The translations under genes were made by a program, and so were the position numbers. Shown piece by piece: positions 45,914 to 55,040 of a stretch of DNA of 64,000 nt. Every line of letters starts with the position of its first letter. The stretch's first letter is position 1. Source of the DNA: Isoptericola halotolerans (GTDB taxonomy: Bacteria; Actinomycetota; Actinomycetes; Actinomycetales; Cellulomonadaceae); NCBI RefSeq assembly GCF_013149785.1, contig NZ_JABEZU010000003.1:310001-374000 (forward strand). The letters are read 5' to 3'. Below the pieces are notes generated by a model. That model made no database searches, was not told where the DNA came from, and worked only from the letters and a program-made list of their open reading frames with translations.

Positions 45914-48022
45914 TCACCCGGTCGCGTCACGCATCTGGCGCAGCTCCTTCTTCAGGCCCCCGATCTCGTCCCGCAGCCTCGCGGCGACCTCGAACTGCAG
46001 CTCGGCAGCAGCGGCGTGCATCTGGTCGCTCAGCTCCTGGATGAGCTCGGCGAGCTCGTCCGCGGCCAGCCCTGCCAGGCGGTTGCCCGACGTCGCGGCC
46101 TCCTTCGGCGTGCCGGGCACGGCTGCCCTCGGGCGACCGTCGCCCGGCGTCTTGCGGTAACCGCCGGCCAGCAGCTCTGCGGTGTCGATGTCCTCGCGCG
46201 CGAGCATGTCGGTGACGTCCGCGATGCGCTTGCGCAGCGGTTGCGGGTCGATCCCTCGCTCCGCGTTGTAGGCCTGCTGCTTCTCCCGTCGCCGGCTCGT
46301 CTCGTCCAGGGCGAACCGCATCGCCGGGGTCACCTTGTCGGCGTACATGTGCACCTGACCCGTGACGTTGCGCGCCGCTCGTCCGATGGTCTGGATCAAC
46401 GAGCGCTCCGACCGCAGGAAGCCCTCCTTGTCCGCGTCGAGGATCGCCACGAGCGAGACCTCCGGCAGGTCGAGGCCCTCGCGCAGCAGGTTGATCCCCA
46501 CGAGCACGTCGTACTCGCCCATCCTCAGCTCGCGCAACAGCTCGACCCGCCGCAGCGTGTCCACCTCGGAGTGCAGGTAGCGCACCCGGACGTCCTTGCC
46601 GAGCAGGTAGTCGGTGAGGTCCTCGGCCATCTTCTTGGTGAGCGTCGTCACCAGGACGCGCTCGTTGCGGTCCACCCGGTCGCGGATCTCGCCGAGGAGG
46701 TCGTCGATCTGGCCTGTCGTCGGCTTGACCACGACCTCCGGGTCGACGAGGCCCGTCGGCCGGATGATCTGCTCGACGACACCGTCGGACATCGCCAGCT
46801 CGTAGTCGCCGGGCGTGGCCGACAGGTAGACCGTCTGGCCGATCCTCTCGACGAACTCCTCCCAGCGCAGCGGCCGGTTGTCCATCGCGCTCGGGAGCCG
46901 GAAGCCGTGGTCCACGAGCGCCCGCTTGCGGGACATGTCACCTTCGAACATGGCGCCGATCTGCGGCACCGTCACGTGCGACTCGTCGATGACGAGCAGG
47001 AAGTCCTCGGGGAAGTAGTCGAGCAACGTGTTCGGTGGCGTGCCCCCCTCGCGGCCGTCGATGTGGCGCGAGTAGTTCTCGATGCCGTTGCAGGTGCCGA
47101 TCGAGCGCATCATCTCGATGTCGTAGGTGGTCCGCATGCGCAGCCTCTGTGCCTCGAGGAGCTTGTCCTGCTTCTCCAGGTCGGCCAGCCGCGCCTCGAG
47201 CTCGGCCTCGATGCCGCCGATCGCGCGCTCCATGCGCTCGGGCCCCGCGACGTAGTGCGTCGCCGGGAACAGGTACACGCTGCTCTCGTTGCGGATCACG
47301 TCACCGGTCAACGGGTGCAGGGTCTGGATCGACTCGATCTCGTCGCCGAAGAGCTCGATCCGGACGGCGAGCTCCTCGTAGACCGGGATGATCTCCACGG
47401 TGTCGCCGCGCACCCGGAACGTCCCACGGGTGAACGCCATGTCGTTGCGGGTGTACTGCATCTGCACGAACCTGCGGAGCATCTCGTCGCGGTCGACGAC
47501 GTCGCCCACCTCCAGACGCACCATCCGGTCGACGTACTCCTGCGGCGTGCCGAGACCGTAGATGCACGACACCGACGCCACCACGACGGTGTCGCGCCGC
47601 GTCAACAGGTTCGACGTCGCCGAGTGTCGCAACCGCTCGACCTCGTCGTTGATCGAGGAGTCCTTCTCGATGTAGGTGTCCGTCTGGGCGATGTACGCCT
47701 CGGGCTGGTAGTAGTCGTAGTAGGAGACGAAGTACTCGACGGCGTTGTTCGGCAGGAGCTCGCGGAACTCCGTGGCGAGCTGCGCGGCGAGCGTCTTGTT
47801 CGGGGCCATGATCAGGGTGGGACGCTGCAGCTTCTCGATCAGCCAGGCCGTCGTCGCGCTCTTGCCCGTGCCGGTCGCCCCCAGCAGGACGACGTCCTTC
47901 TCCCCTGCCTGGATCCTCCCCGCCAGGTCGCCGATCGCGGCCGGTTGGTCACCGCTCGGTTCGAACTCCGAGATCACCTCGAAGGGTGCCACGGTGCGCT
48001 GCAGGTCGGTCACGGGTCGCAT
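45914..48022 (-). CDS. uvrB: Excinuclease ABC subunit B
   Basis: [51 protein letters not shown]. Confidence 0.98.
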   Translation of the reverse strand: MRPVTDLQRTVAPFEVISEFEPSGDQPAAIGDLAGRIQAGEKDVVLLGATGTGKSATTAWLIEKLQRPTLIMAPNKTLAAQLATEFRELLPNNAVEYFVSYYDYYQPEAYIAQTDTYIEKDSSINDEVERLRHSATSNLLTRRDTVVVASVSCIYGLGTPQEYVDRMVRLEVGDVVDRDEMLRRFVQMQYTRNDMAFTRGTFRVRGDTVEIIPVYEELAVRIELFGDEIESIQTLHPLTGDVIRNESSVYLFPATHYVAGPERMERAIGGIEAELEARLADLEKQDKLLEAQRLRMRTTYDIEMMRSIGTCNGIENYSRHIDGREGGTPPNTLLDYFPEDFLLVIDESHVTVPQIGAMFEGDMSRKRALVDHGFRLPSAMDNRPLRWEEFVERIGQTVYLSATPGDYELAMSDGVVEQIIRPTGLVDPEVVVKPTTGQIDDLLGEIRDRVDRNERVLVTTLTKKMAEDLTDYLLGKDVRVRYLHSEVDTLRRVELLRELRMGEYDVLVGINLLREGLDLPEVSLVAILDADKEGFLRSERSLIQTIGRAARNVTGQVHMYADKVTPAMRFALDETSRRREKQQAYNAERGIDPQPLRKRIADVTDMLAREDIDTAELLAGGYRKTPGDGRPRAAVPGTPKEAATSGNRLAGLAADELAELIQELSDQMHAAAAELQFEVAARLRDEIGGLKKELRQMRDATG

Positions 48023-48028
48023 GGCACC

Positions 48029-48050
48029 ACGGTAGGCCGTGACACCGACA
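48029..48050 (-). promoter_or_regulatory. PafBC-type (RecA-NDp) leaderless promoter of uvrB
   Basis: TGTCGG-N10-TACCGT, 6 nt before ATG. Confidence 0.75.
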
Positions 48051-48119
48051 TCCGGCCCACGGGACGAAGGCAGGTGCCGAGGTCGAGTGCCGGGACCGAT
48101 GCTCGGGTCAGTGCCCGGG

Positions 48120-48749
48120 TCAGTGCTCGGCGCCCGCCGCGACCAGCAGGTCGCCGGTCCCCGCGACCTGGTGCCGGACTGCGGTCCGGACCACCGCGGA
48201 CAACGCCCGGGCCGCCGTGGCCGGAGGGACGACGTCGCCGGAGGGCACGTGCACGAACCCCACCCGGACCGGCCTGCCGACGACCGCGTGCGCCAGGGCG
48301 TAGAAGGTGGCGTTGCAGACGTACGTCCCCGCGCTGTTGCTCACACCGACCGGCACACCCAGCTCCTCGACCGCGCGCAGCGCCGCCTTGATCGGCAACG
48401 AGGTGAGATAGGCCGCCGGACCACCGACCACGACCGGTTCGTCGATCGGGCGACGACCGTCGTTGTCGGCGATACGGGCGTCCGCGACGTTGATCGCCAC
48501 CCGCTCGAGACGCACGGTGCCCGTGCCGGCCGCCAGGCCCACACTTACCACGACCTCCGGTTCGTGCTCGACGAGCAGGCGCCGCACCGCCAGGGCAGCG
48601 CCTGCGAACGTCACGGGCAGGCGGGCGGTGACGAGCTCGTGGTCGCCTCCCGCGGCGCCCCACGCGTCCGCCACCAGCCGGACCGCCTCCCAGGACTCGT
48701 TGACCGTCGCCCCGCCGAACGGCTCGAACCCGGTGACCAGGACCCTCAC
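48120..48749 (-). CDS. pcp: Pyroglutamyl-peptidase I
   Basis: [18 protein letters not shown] (Glu), AGTYVCN (Cys), GFVHVP (His). Confidence 0.94.
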   Translation of the reverse strand: MRVLVTGFEPFGGATVNESWEAVRLVADAWGAAGGDHELVTARLPVTFAGAALAVRRLLVEHEPEVVVSVGLAAGTGTVRLERVAINVADARIADNDGRRPIDEPVVVGGPAAYLTSLPIKAALRAVEELGVPVGVSNSAGTYVCNATFYALAHAVVGRPVRVGFVHVPSGDVVPPATAARALSAVVRTAVRHQVAGTGDLLVAAGAEH

Positions 48750-49378
48750 ACCAGGTCCTCGGCGTCCAGCTCCTCGGCGACCTCGCCGGACACGCGCTCC
48801 CAGAGCTCGTCGACCTGACCCTGCAGCTGCTGCAGCGTCCCGGTACCGTCCAGCACGACGTCGGCGAGCGCCAGTCGTTCGGCGTCGTCCGCCTGGGCCT
48901 CGACCCGCGAGCGCGCCTCGGCCGGGGTCAGAGCACGTCCCGCGACGAGCCGCTCCACCCGCTGCTCGGCGGGGGCGTGGACGACCACGAGCAGGTGGAA
49001 CCGGTCCGCCTGGCCGGTCTCCACCAGCAGGGGGATGTCGTGCACGACGACCGCCCGGGGGTCCGCCGCGCCGGCCATCGCCTCACGCTCCGCCGCCAGA
49101 CGTCGCACCTGCGGGTGCACGATGTCCTCGAGCCGCGACCGCGCGGCCCCGTCGCCGAAGACGAGCCGTCCCAGGGCGGCACGGTCCAGCGAGCCGTCGA
49201 CGGCCAGGACCCCGTGCCCGAACTCCTCGGCCACCTCGACCAACCCGACCGACCCGGGCGCCACCGCCTCGCGGGCCAGCACGTCGTGATCGATCACGAC
49301 CGCACCGCGCTCGCCGAGACGCCGCGCCACCGCGGACTTGCCTGCTGCGATACCACCGGTCAGACCTATGCGGAACAT
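48746..49378 (-). CDS. coaE: Dephospho-CoA kinase
   Basis: IGLTGGIAAGKS, LDRAALG, IVHP, DIPLLVE. Confidence 0.95.
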   Translation of the reverse strand: MFRIGLTGGIAAGKSAVARRLGERGAVVIDHDVLAREAVAPGSVGLVEVAEEFGHGVLAVDGSLDRAALGRLVFGDGAARSRLEDIVHPQVRRLAAEREAMAGAADPRAVVVHDIPLLVETGQADRFHLLVVVHAPAEQRVERLVAGRALTPAEARSRVEAQADDAERLALADVVLDGTGTLQQLQGQVDELWERVSGEVAEELDAEDLV

Positions 49379-49412
49379 GGGTCCATCCTGCCCCGGCCGT
49401 AGGCTGCACGCC

Positions 49413-51335
49413 ATGAGCATGAGCGGGCAGGCATCGGGTGGGCGACCGGTCGGTGGTGCGATGGGCGGACCGATGCGTTCCTACCTCCAGGACAGGTCGG
49501 TGCGCAGCCGCCGCCTGCCTCGCCAGACGCTGCGCCGCATCCTGGCCTTCGCGCGGCCCTACCGCGGCAAGCTCGTCGTGTTCGTGGGGCTCCTGCTGGT
49601 CAGCGCCGCCGCCGGCGCGGCGGTGCCCCTGCTGTTCCGCCGGCTCATCGACGAGGGCATCGGCGGCGGGGACCGAGGCATCGTCCTGCTCATGGCAGGA
49701 TGCGCGGCCGGGATCGCGCTGCTGACGGCCCTGCTCTCCCTCGCCGAGCGCTGGATGTCGGCGGTCGTCGGCGAAGGGCTCATCGTCGACCTGCGCACCA
49801 GCGTCTTCGACCACGTGCAGCGCATGCCGCTGGCCTTCTTCGCCCGGGCCCGCACCGGTGCGCTGGTCCAGCGGCTCAACGGCGACGTGCTGGGCGCGCA
49901 GCAGGCCTTCACGTCGACGCTGCAGACCGTCGTCTCGAACGGTCTGACGGTGGTCTTCACGCTCGGGGCGATGTTCGCCATGTCGTGGAGCCTCACGCTG
50001 CTCTCGCTGGTGCTGCTCCCGGCCTTCGTCCTGCCGGCTCGCTGGTTCGGGCGGCGGATCGCGGCCCTGACCCGTCGCGGCTACGAGCTGGACGCCGACG
50101 CCGGCCAGCTGATGAACGAGCGCTTCAACGTCGCCGGCGCCCATCTCGCCAAGGTCTTCGGTGACCCCGACCGCGAGGCGGCCCGGTACGCGGAGCAGGC
50201 CCACGCGCTGCGCGACGTCGGCGTCTCGCGGGCCATGTACTCCACCTGGTTCCGCATCGGGCTGACCACGCTGGCGTCGGTCGCCATCGCTCTGGTGTAC
50301 GGTCTCGGCGGACTGCAGGTGATCTCGGACCAGCTCACCGTCGGCACGCTCGTGGCCCTGACGGCCTACCTGGGCCGCCTGTACGGCCCGCTGACGGCGA
50401 TGTCGAACGTCCAGGTCGACATCATGACCGCGCTCGTCAGCTTCGAGCGTGTCCTGGAGGTGCTCGACCTCGAGCCGACGGTGGCCGAGAAGCCCGGCGC
50501 CCTCGACCTGCGCGCCGCGGTGACGAACCGTGGCGCCGGCGTCGAGCTCGACCACGTGACGTTCCGCTACCCACGGGCCGACGAGGTCTCGCTGGCCTCG
50601 CTGGAATCGGTCGCCACGGTCCGCGAGGATCCGTCGTCGACCACCCTGCGCGACGTCACGTTCTCCGTGCCGGCAGGGTCGATGGTGGCCCTGGTCGGTC
50701 CGTCCGGAGCCGGGAAGACGACCATCTCCCAGCTCGTGGTCCGCCTGTACGACCCGACCTCCGGCGCCGTCCGCATCGCCGGCCAGGACCTGCGCGACGT
50801 CACCGCCGACTCCCTGCGGGCGACCGTGGGCGTCGTGTCCCAGGAGGCGCACCTCTTCCACGACACCGTGGCGGAGAACCTGCGGTACGCCCGACCCGAC
50901 GCCACGGACGCAGAGCTGCACCGCGCCCTGGGGCAGGCCCGGATCGCTGACCTCGTCGCACGGATGCCTGAGGGTCTCGACACCGTCGTCGGCGACCGTG
51001 GCTACCGCCTCTCCGGTGGCGAGCGCCAGCGTCTGGCGATCGCCAGGCTCCTGCTCAAGGCGCCCGACGTCGTCGTCCTCGACGAGGCCACCGCCCACCT
51101 GGACTCCGAGTCGGAGGCAGCAGTGCAGGCCGCTCTCGACGAGGCCCTCAGCGGGCGGACCTCGCTGGTCATCGCGCACCGGCTCTCGACCGTGCGCGCG
51201 GCCGACTCGATCGTGGTGCTCGACGACGGGGAGGTCGTCGAGCAGGGTACGCACGCCGAGCTGCTGGCCTCGAGCGGCCTCTACGCCGAGCTCTACCGCA
51301 CGCAGTTCGACCTGGACGACAGCTCGTCCTCGTAG
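49413..51335 (+). CDS. ABC exporter, fused permease/ATP-binding protein (MdlB-like)
   Basis: N-terminal TM domain, GPSGAGKT, LSGGERQR, LDEATAHLD, IAHRLST. Confidence 0.93.
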   Translation: MSMSGQASGGRPVGGAMGGPMRSYLQDRSVRSRRLPRQTLRRILAFARPYRGKLVVFVGLLLVSAAAGAAVPLLFRRLIDEGIGGGDRGIVLLMAGCAAGIALLTALLSLAERWMSAVVGEGLIVDLRTSVFDHVQRMPLAFFARARTGALVQRLNGDVLGAQQAFTSTLQTVVSNGLTVVFTLGAMFAMSWSLTLLSLVLLPAFVLPARWFGRRIAALTRRGYELDADAGQLMNERFNVAGAHLAKVFGDPDREAARYAEQAHALRDVGVSRAMYSTWFRIGLTTLASVAIALVYGLGGLQVISDQLTVGTLVALTAYLGRLYGPLTAMSNVQVDIMTALVSFERVLEVLDLEPTVAEKPGALDLRAAVTNRGAGVELDHVTFRYPRADEVSLASLESVATVREDPSSTTLRDVTFSVPAGSMVALVGPSGAGKTTISQLVVRLYDPTSGAVRIAGQDLRDVTADSLRATVGVVSQEAHLFHDTVAENLRYARPDATDAELHRALGQARIADLVARMPEGLDTVVGDRGYRLSGGERQRLAIARLLLKAPDVVVLDEATAHLDSESEAAVQAALDEALSGRTSLVIAHRLSTVRAADSIVVLDDGEVVEQGTHAELLASSGLYAELYRTQFDLDDSSSS

Positions 51336-51337
51336 CA

Positions 51338-51379
51338 CGACGACGGCCCGCCACCCCGAAGGGTGACGGGCCGTCGTCG
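51338..51379. terminator. Bidirectional stem-loop between ABC exporter and rpsA
   Basis: CGACGACGGCCCG-c-CACCC-cgaa-GGGTG-a-CGGGCCGTCGTCG. Confidence 0.75.
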
Positions 51380-51413
51380 CGTCAGCGGCCGCTCACGGCC
51401 GTCGACTGTCGGC

Positions 51414-52919
51414 TCAGTTGCCGGTCAGCTTCTCACGGAGCGCGGCGAGCGCCTCGTCGGAAGCCAGGGTGCCGCCGGTCTCCTCCTGCTGCACCGGGGC
51501 AGCCGAGGAGTAGGACGACGAGGAGGAAGCAGTCGACGAACCGCTGCTGCTCGAGCCGCTGGAGACGACGTCCCCGGCCGCAGCGTCGGCGTCGGCCGAC
51601 AGCGCGGCACGGACCTGCTCGCGGTGCGACTCCCAACGCGCGTGCGCCTTGGCGTACTCCGCCTCCCAGGCCTCACGCTGCGTCTCGAAGCCCTCGAGCC
51701 ACTCGTTGGTCTCGGGGTCGAAGCCCTCGGGGTACTTGTACTCGCCGTTCTCGTCGTAGTCGGCCGCCATGCCGTAGAGCGCCGGGTCGAAGTCCTCGGA
51801 CTCCGGGTCCATGCCCTCGTTGGCCTGCTTGAGCGACAGCGAGATCCGACGACGCTCGAGGTCGATGTCGATGACCTTGACGAAGACCTCGGCACCCACC
51901 TGGACGACCTGCTCGGGCAGCTCGACGTGGCGCACGGCCAGCTCCGAGATGTGCACGAGGCCCTCGATGCCGTCCTCGACACGGACGAACGCACCGAACG
52001 GCACCAGCTTGGTGACCTTGCCGGGCACGACCTGACCGATGGCGTGCGTCCGGGCGAAGGTCTGCCACGGGTCCTCCTGCGTCGCCTTCAGCGACAGGGA
52101 GACGCGCTCGCGGTCGAAGTCGACGTCGAGAACCTCGACGGTGACCTCCTGACCGACCTCGACGACCTCGGACGGGTGGTCGATGTGCTTCCAGGAGAGC
52201 TCGGAGACGTGCACGAGGCCGTCCACGCCGCCCAGGTCGACGAACGCACCGAAGTTGACGATCGAGGACACGACACCGGGGCGGACCTGGCCCTTCTGCA
52301 GGGTCTGCAGGAAGGTGGAGCGGACCTCGGACTGCGTCTGCTCGAGCCAGGCACGGCGCGACAGGACCACGTTGTTGCGGTTCTTGTCGAGCTCGATGAT
52401 CTTGGCCTCGATCTCCTTGCCGACGTACGGCGCGAGGTCGCGGACACGACGCATCTCCACCAGGGAGGCGGGCAGGAAGCCGCGCAGGCCGATGTCGAGG
52501 ATGAGGCCGCCCTTGACGACCTCGATGACGGTGCCGGTGACGACGCCGTCCTCTTCCTTGATCTTCTCGATCGTGCCCCAGGCGCGCTCGTACTGTGCGC
52601 GCTTCTTGGACAGGATCAGACGGCCCTCCTTGTCCTCCTTCTGGAGGACGAGAGCCTCGACGGCGTCACCGACGGTGACGACCTCGCCCGGGTCCACGTC
52701 GTGCTTGATGGAGAGCTCCCGGGACGGGATCACGCCCTCCGTCTTGTAACCGATGTCGAGGAGGACCTCGTCGCGGTCGACCTTGACGATCGTGCCTTCC
52801 ACGATGTCACCATCGTTGAAGTACTTGATGGTGGCGTCGACGGCGGCAAGGAAGTCTTCCTCGGTGCCGATGTCGTTGACGGCGACCTGCGGGGCGGACT
52901 TCGTGGTGGAGATGGTCAT
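51414..52919 (-). CDS. rpsA: 30S ribosomal protein S1
   Basis: QVAVNDIG, four S1 repeats (DIGYKTEG, RGFLPAS, DGLVHVSE, EGLVHISE), terminal LASDEALAALREKL. Confidence 0.98.
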   Translation of the reverse strand: MTISTTKSAPQVAVNDIGTEEDFLAAVDATIKYFNDGDIVEGTIVKVDRDEVLLDIGYKTEGVIPSRELSIKHDVDPGEVVTVGDAVEALVLQKEDKEGRLILSKKRAQYERAWGTIEKIKEEDGVVTGTVIEVVKGGLILDIGLRGFLPASLVEMRRVRDLAPYVGKEIEAKIIELDKNRNNVVLSRRAWLEQTQSEVRSTFLQTLQKGQVRPGVVSSIVNFGAFVDLGGVDGLVHVSELSWKHIDHPSEVVEVGQEVTVEVLDVDFDRERVSLSLKATQEDPWQTFARTHAIGQVVPGKVTKLVPFGAFVRVEDGIEGLVHISELAVRHVELPEQVVQVGAEVFVKVIDIDLERRRISLSLKQANEGMDPESEDFDPALYGMAADYDENGEYKYPEGFDPETNEWLEGFETQREAWEAEYAKAHARWESHREQVRAALSADADAAAGDVVSSGSSSSGSSTASSSSSYSSAAPVQQEETGGTLASDEALAALREKLTGN

Positions 52920-53115
52920 TGAGTAGTTGCTCCGATGCGGACAGGGCATAGTACGGACAGGGTCGTGGTGCGTGTGTCTCGAACGTGCGTCTCGTGCGTG
53001 CGTACGCAGGACAACCGGTGCGCAAGCGCACTGCACCGCGGACCATCCTATCCGTGCGGTTTGGAGGGGTCAACGCCACCGACGCCTCCGGCCGACGCCG
53101 GCCCTGAGACCCCGG

Positions 53116-54141
53116 TCACGCGAGCGCCGCGGCCACCCCGAGAAGGTCCGCGGGGACCTGCTTGATCTTCCCGGCGACCTCCGCCAGGTCGACGAGCACG
53201 ACATCGTCCCCGTGCAGAGCCGTCATCACCGCCGAGGAGCCGGCGGTCACCGCGTCGACGGCGGCCACCCCGAAGCGCGAGCCGAGGATCCGGTCCGACG
53301 GCGTGGGCGTCCCGCCACGCTGGACGTGTCCGAGCACGGTCACCCGGGTGTCGAACCCCGTGCGTTCCGAGAGCTCAGCACCGAGACGTTCCCCGATCGC
53401 GCCGGCGACGATCTCGCCGAACGGACCGAGCCGTGTCTCGTAGTCCATCGAGGTGCCCTCGGCCGGGACGGCGCCCTCGGCGACGACGATGATCGAGAAG
53501 CTCGCGTGCGCCCGGTGCCGGTGCCGCAGGAACTTCACCACCCGGTCGATGTCGAACGGCTCCTCGGGGGCGAGCACCAGCTCCGCCCCTCCCGCGATGC
53601 CCGACGTCGCCGCGATCCAGCCCGCGTGCCGCCCCATGACCTCGACGATCATCACGCGGTTGTGGCTCTCGGCCGTCGTGTGGATGCGGTCGACCGCCTC
53701 GGTCGCGATGGTCACCGCCGTGTCGAAGCCGATCGACCGGTCGGTTCCCCACACGTCGTTGTCGATCGTCTTCGGGATCGCGACGATGCGGACGCCCGCC
53801 TCGGCGACCTTGCTCGCCGCGTGCAGCGTCCCGTCACCGCCGATGCAGATCAGAGCCTCGATCCGTTCGGCCTCCAGAGTGGCGAGCACGGCGTCCATGC
53901 CGCCGTCCTCGGCGTGGGGGTGGTAGCGGGCGGTGCCGAGCAGGGTGCCACCGGTGGGCAGCACGTTGCGGATGTGGGACCGGGTCAGCGGCATCACGTC
54001 ACCGTCGGCGAGACCTCGCCAGCCGTTCCGGAAGCCGACCATCGAGTGCCCGTGCTCCCCCTCGCCCCGCTTCACGACGGCGCGGATGGCGGCGTTCAGT
54101 CCCGGGACGTCGCCACCCCCGGTCAACAGCCCGACACGCAC
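53116..54141 (-). CDS. pfkA: 6-phosphofructokinase (GGDG / PKTIDND type)
   Basis: LTGGGD.PGLNA, GGDGT, PKTIDND, EVMGR, LGHVQRGG. Confidence 0.95.
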   Translation of the reverse strand: MRVGLLTGGGDVPGLNAAIRAVVKRGEGEHGHSMVGFRNGWRGLADGDVMPLTRSHIRNVLPTGGTLLGTARYHPHAEDGGMDAVLATLEAERIEALICIGGDGTLHAASKVAEAGVRIVAIPKTIDNDVWGTDRSIGFDTAVTIATEAVDRIHTTAESHNRVMIVEVMGRHAGWIAATSGIAGGAELVLAPEEPFDIDRVVKFLRHRHRAHASFSIIVVAEGAVPAEGTSMDYETRLGPFGEIVAGAIGERLGAELSERTGFDTRVTVLGHVQRGGTPTPSDRILGSRFGVAAVDAVTAGSSAVMTALHGDDVVLVDLAEVAGKIKQVPADLLGVAAALA

Positions 54142-54228
54142 GATGCTCCTCCAGCCAGCTCGGTGATGAGGCACCCGGAGGCTACCGCGCGGATGTGTCC
54201 GTCAGGTGTCGGGTGTCACGATGTGGCG

Positions 54229-55020
54229 GTGACTGCGACCTGGTTCGGCTACCGCGAGACACCCGACGACGACGGCGCCGCGCGCCGCTGGTGGGACGCC
54301 CACGCCGAGGAGTATCTCGCCGACCACGGCGACTTCCTCGGGGACGCCGGGTTCCGGTGGGGCCCCGAAGGCCTCACGGAGGCCGAGGCGGGGCTGCTCG
54401 GCGACGTGCGAGGGGCCCGGGTGCTCGAGGTGGGTGCCGGTGCGGCGCACTGCTCGCGGTGGCTGGCCGCACGCGGCGCGGCCGTCGTCGCCACCGACGT
54501 CGCGCCCGCGATGCTCGACGCCGCCGCACGCCTCGACGCACGGACCGGGCTCACCGTTCCCCTCGTCGAGGCCGACGCCCGCGCCCTGCCCTTCGAGGAG
54601 GGGAGCTTCGACGTCGTCTTCACCTCGTTCGGGGCGGTGCCCTTCGTGCCCGACGCGGACCGCGTGCACGCCGAGGCGGCACGGGTCCTGCGTGACGGCG
54701 GGCGCTGGGTCTTCTCCGTGACGCACCCCGTGCGCTGGTCCTTTCCCGACGACCCCACCACGCAGGGGCTGACGGCGCACCGCTCGTACTTCGACCGCCG
54801 CCCCTACGTCGAGGCGGACGCGTCGGGACGCGTCGTCTACGCCGAGCACCACCGGACCGTCGGCGACCACGTGCGCGACATCGTGACGGCCGGGCTCCGC
54901 CTGCGCGACGTCGTCGAGCCCGAGTGGCCGTCCTGGAACACCCAGACCTGGGGTGGCTGGGGTCCGGTGCGCGGCGCGTACCTGCCCGGCACGGCGGTCT
55001 TCGTCACCACCAAGGACTGA
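54229..55020 (+). CDS. Class I SAM-dependent methyltransferase
   Basis: VLEVGAGAA motif I, ADARALPF..SFDVV, RVLRDGG, SVTHP. Confidence 0.9.
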   Translation: MTATWFGYRETPDDDGAARRWWDAHAEEYLADHGDFLGDAGFRWGPEGLTEAEAGLLGDVRGARVLEVGAGAAHCSRWLAARGAAVVATDVAPAMLDAAARLDARTGLTVPLVEADARALPFEEGSFDVVFTSFGAVPFVPDADRVHAEAARVLRDGGRWVFSVTHPVRWSFPDDPTTQGLTAHRSYFDRRPYVEADASGRVVYAEHHRTVGDHVRDIVTAGLRLRDVVEPEWPSWNTQTWGGWGPVRGAYLPGTAVFVTTKD

Positions 55021-55040
55021 CGGCCGCGCCGCCCGGGGGC

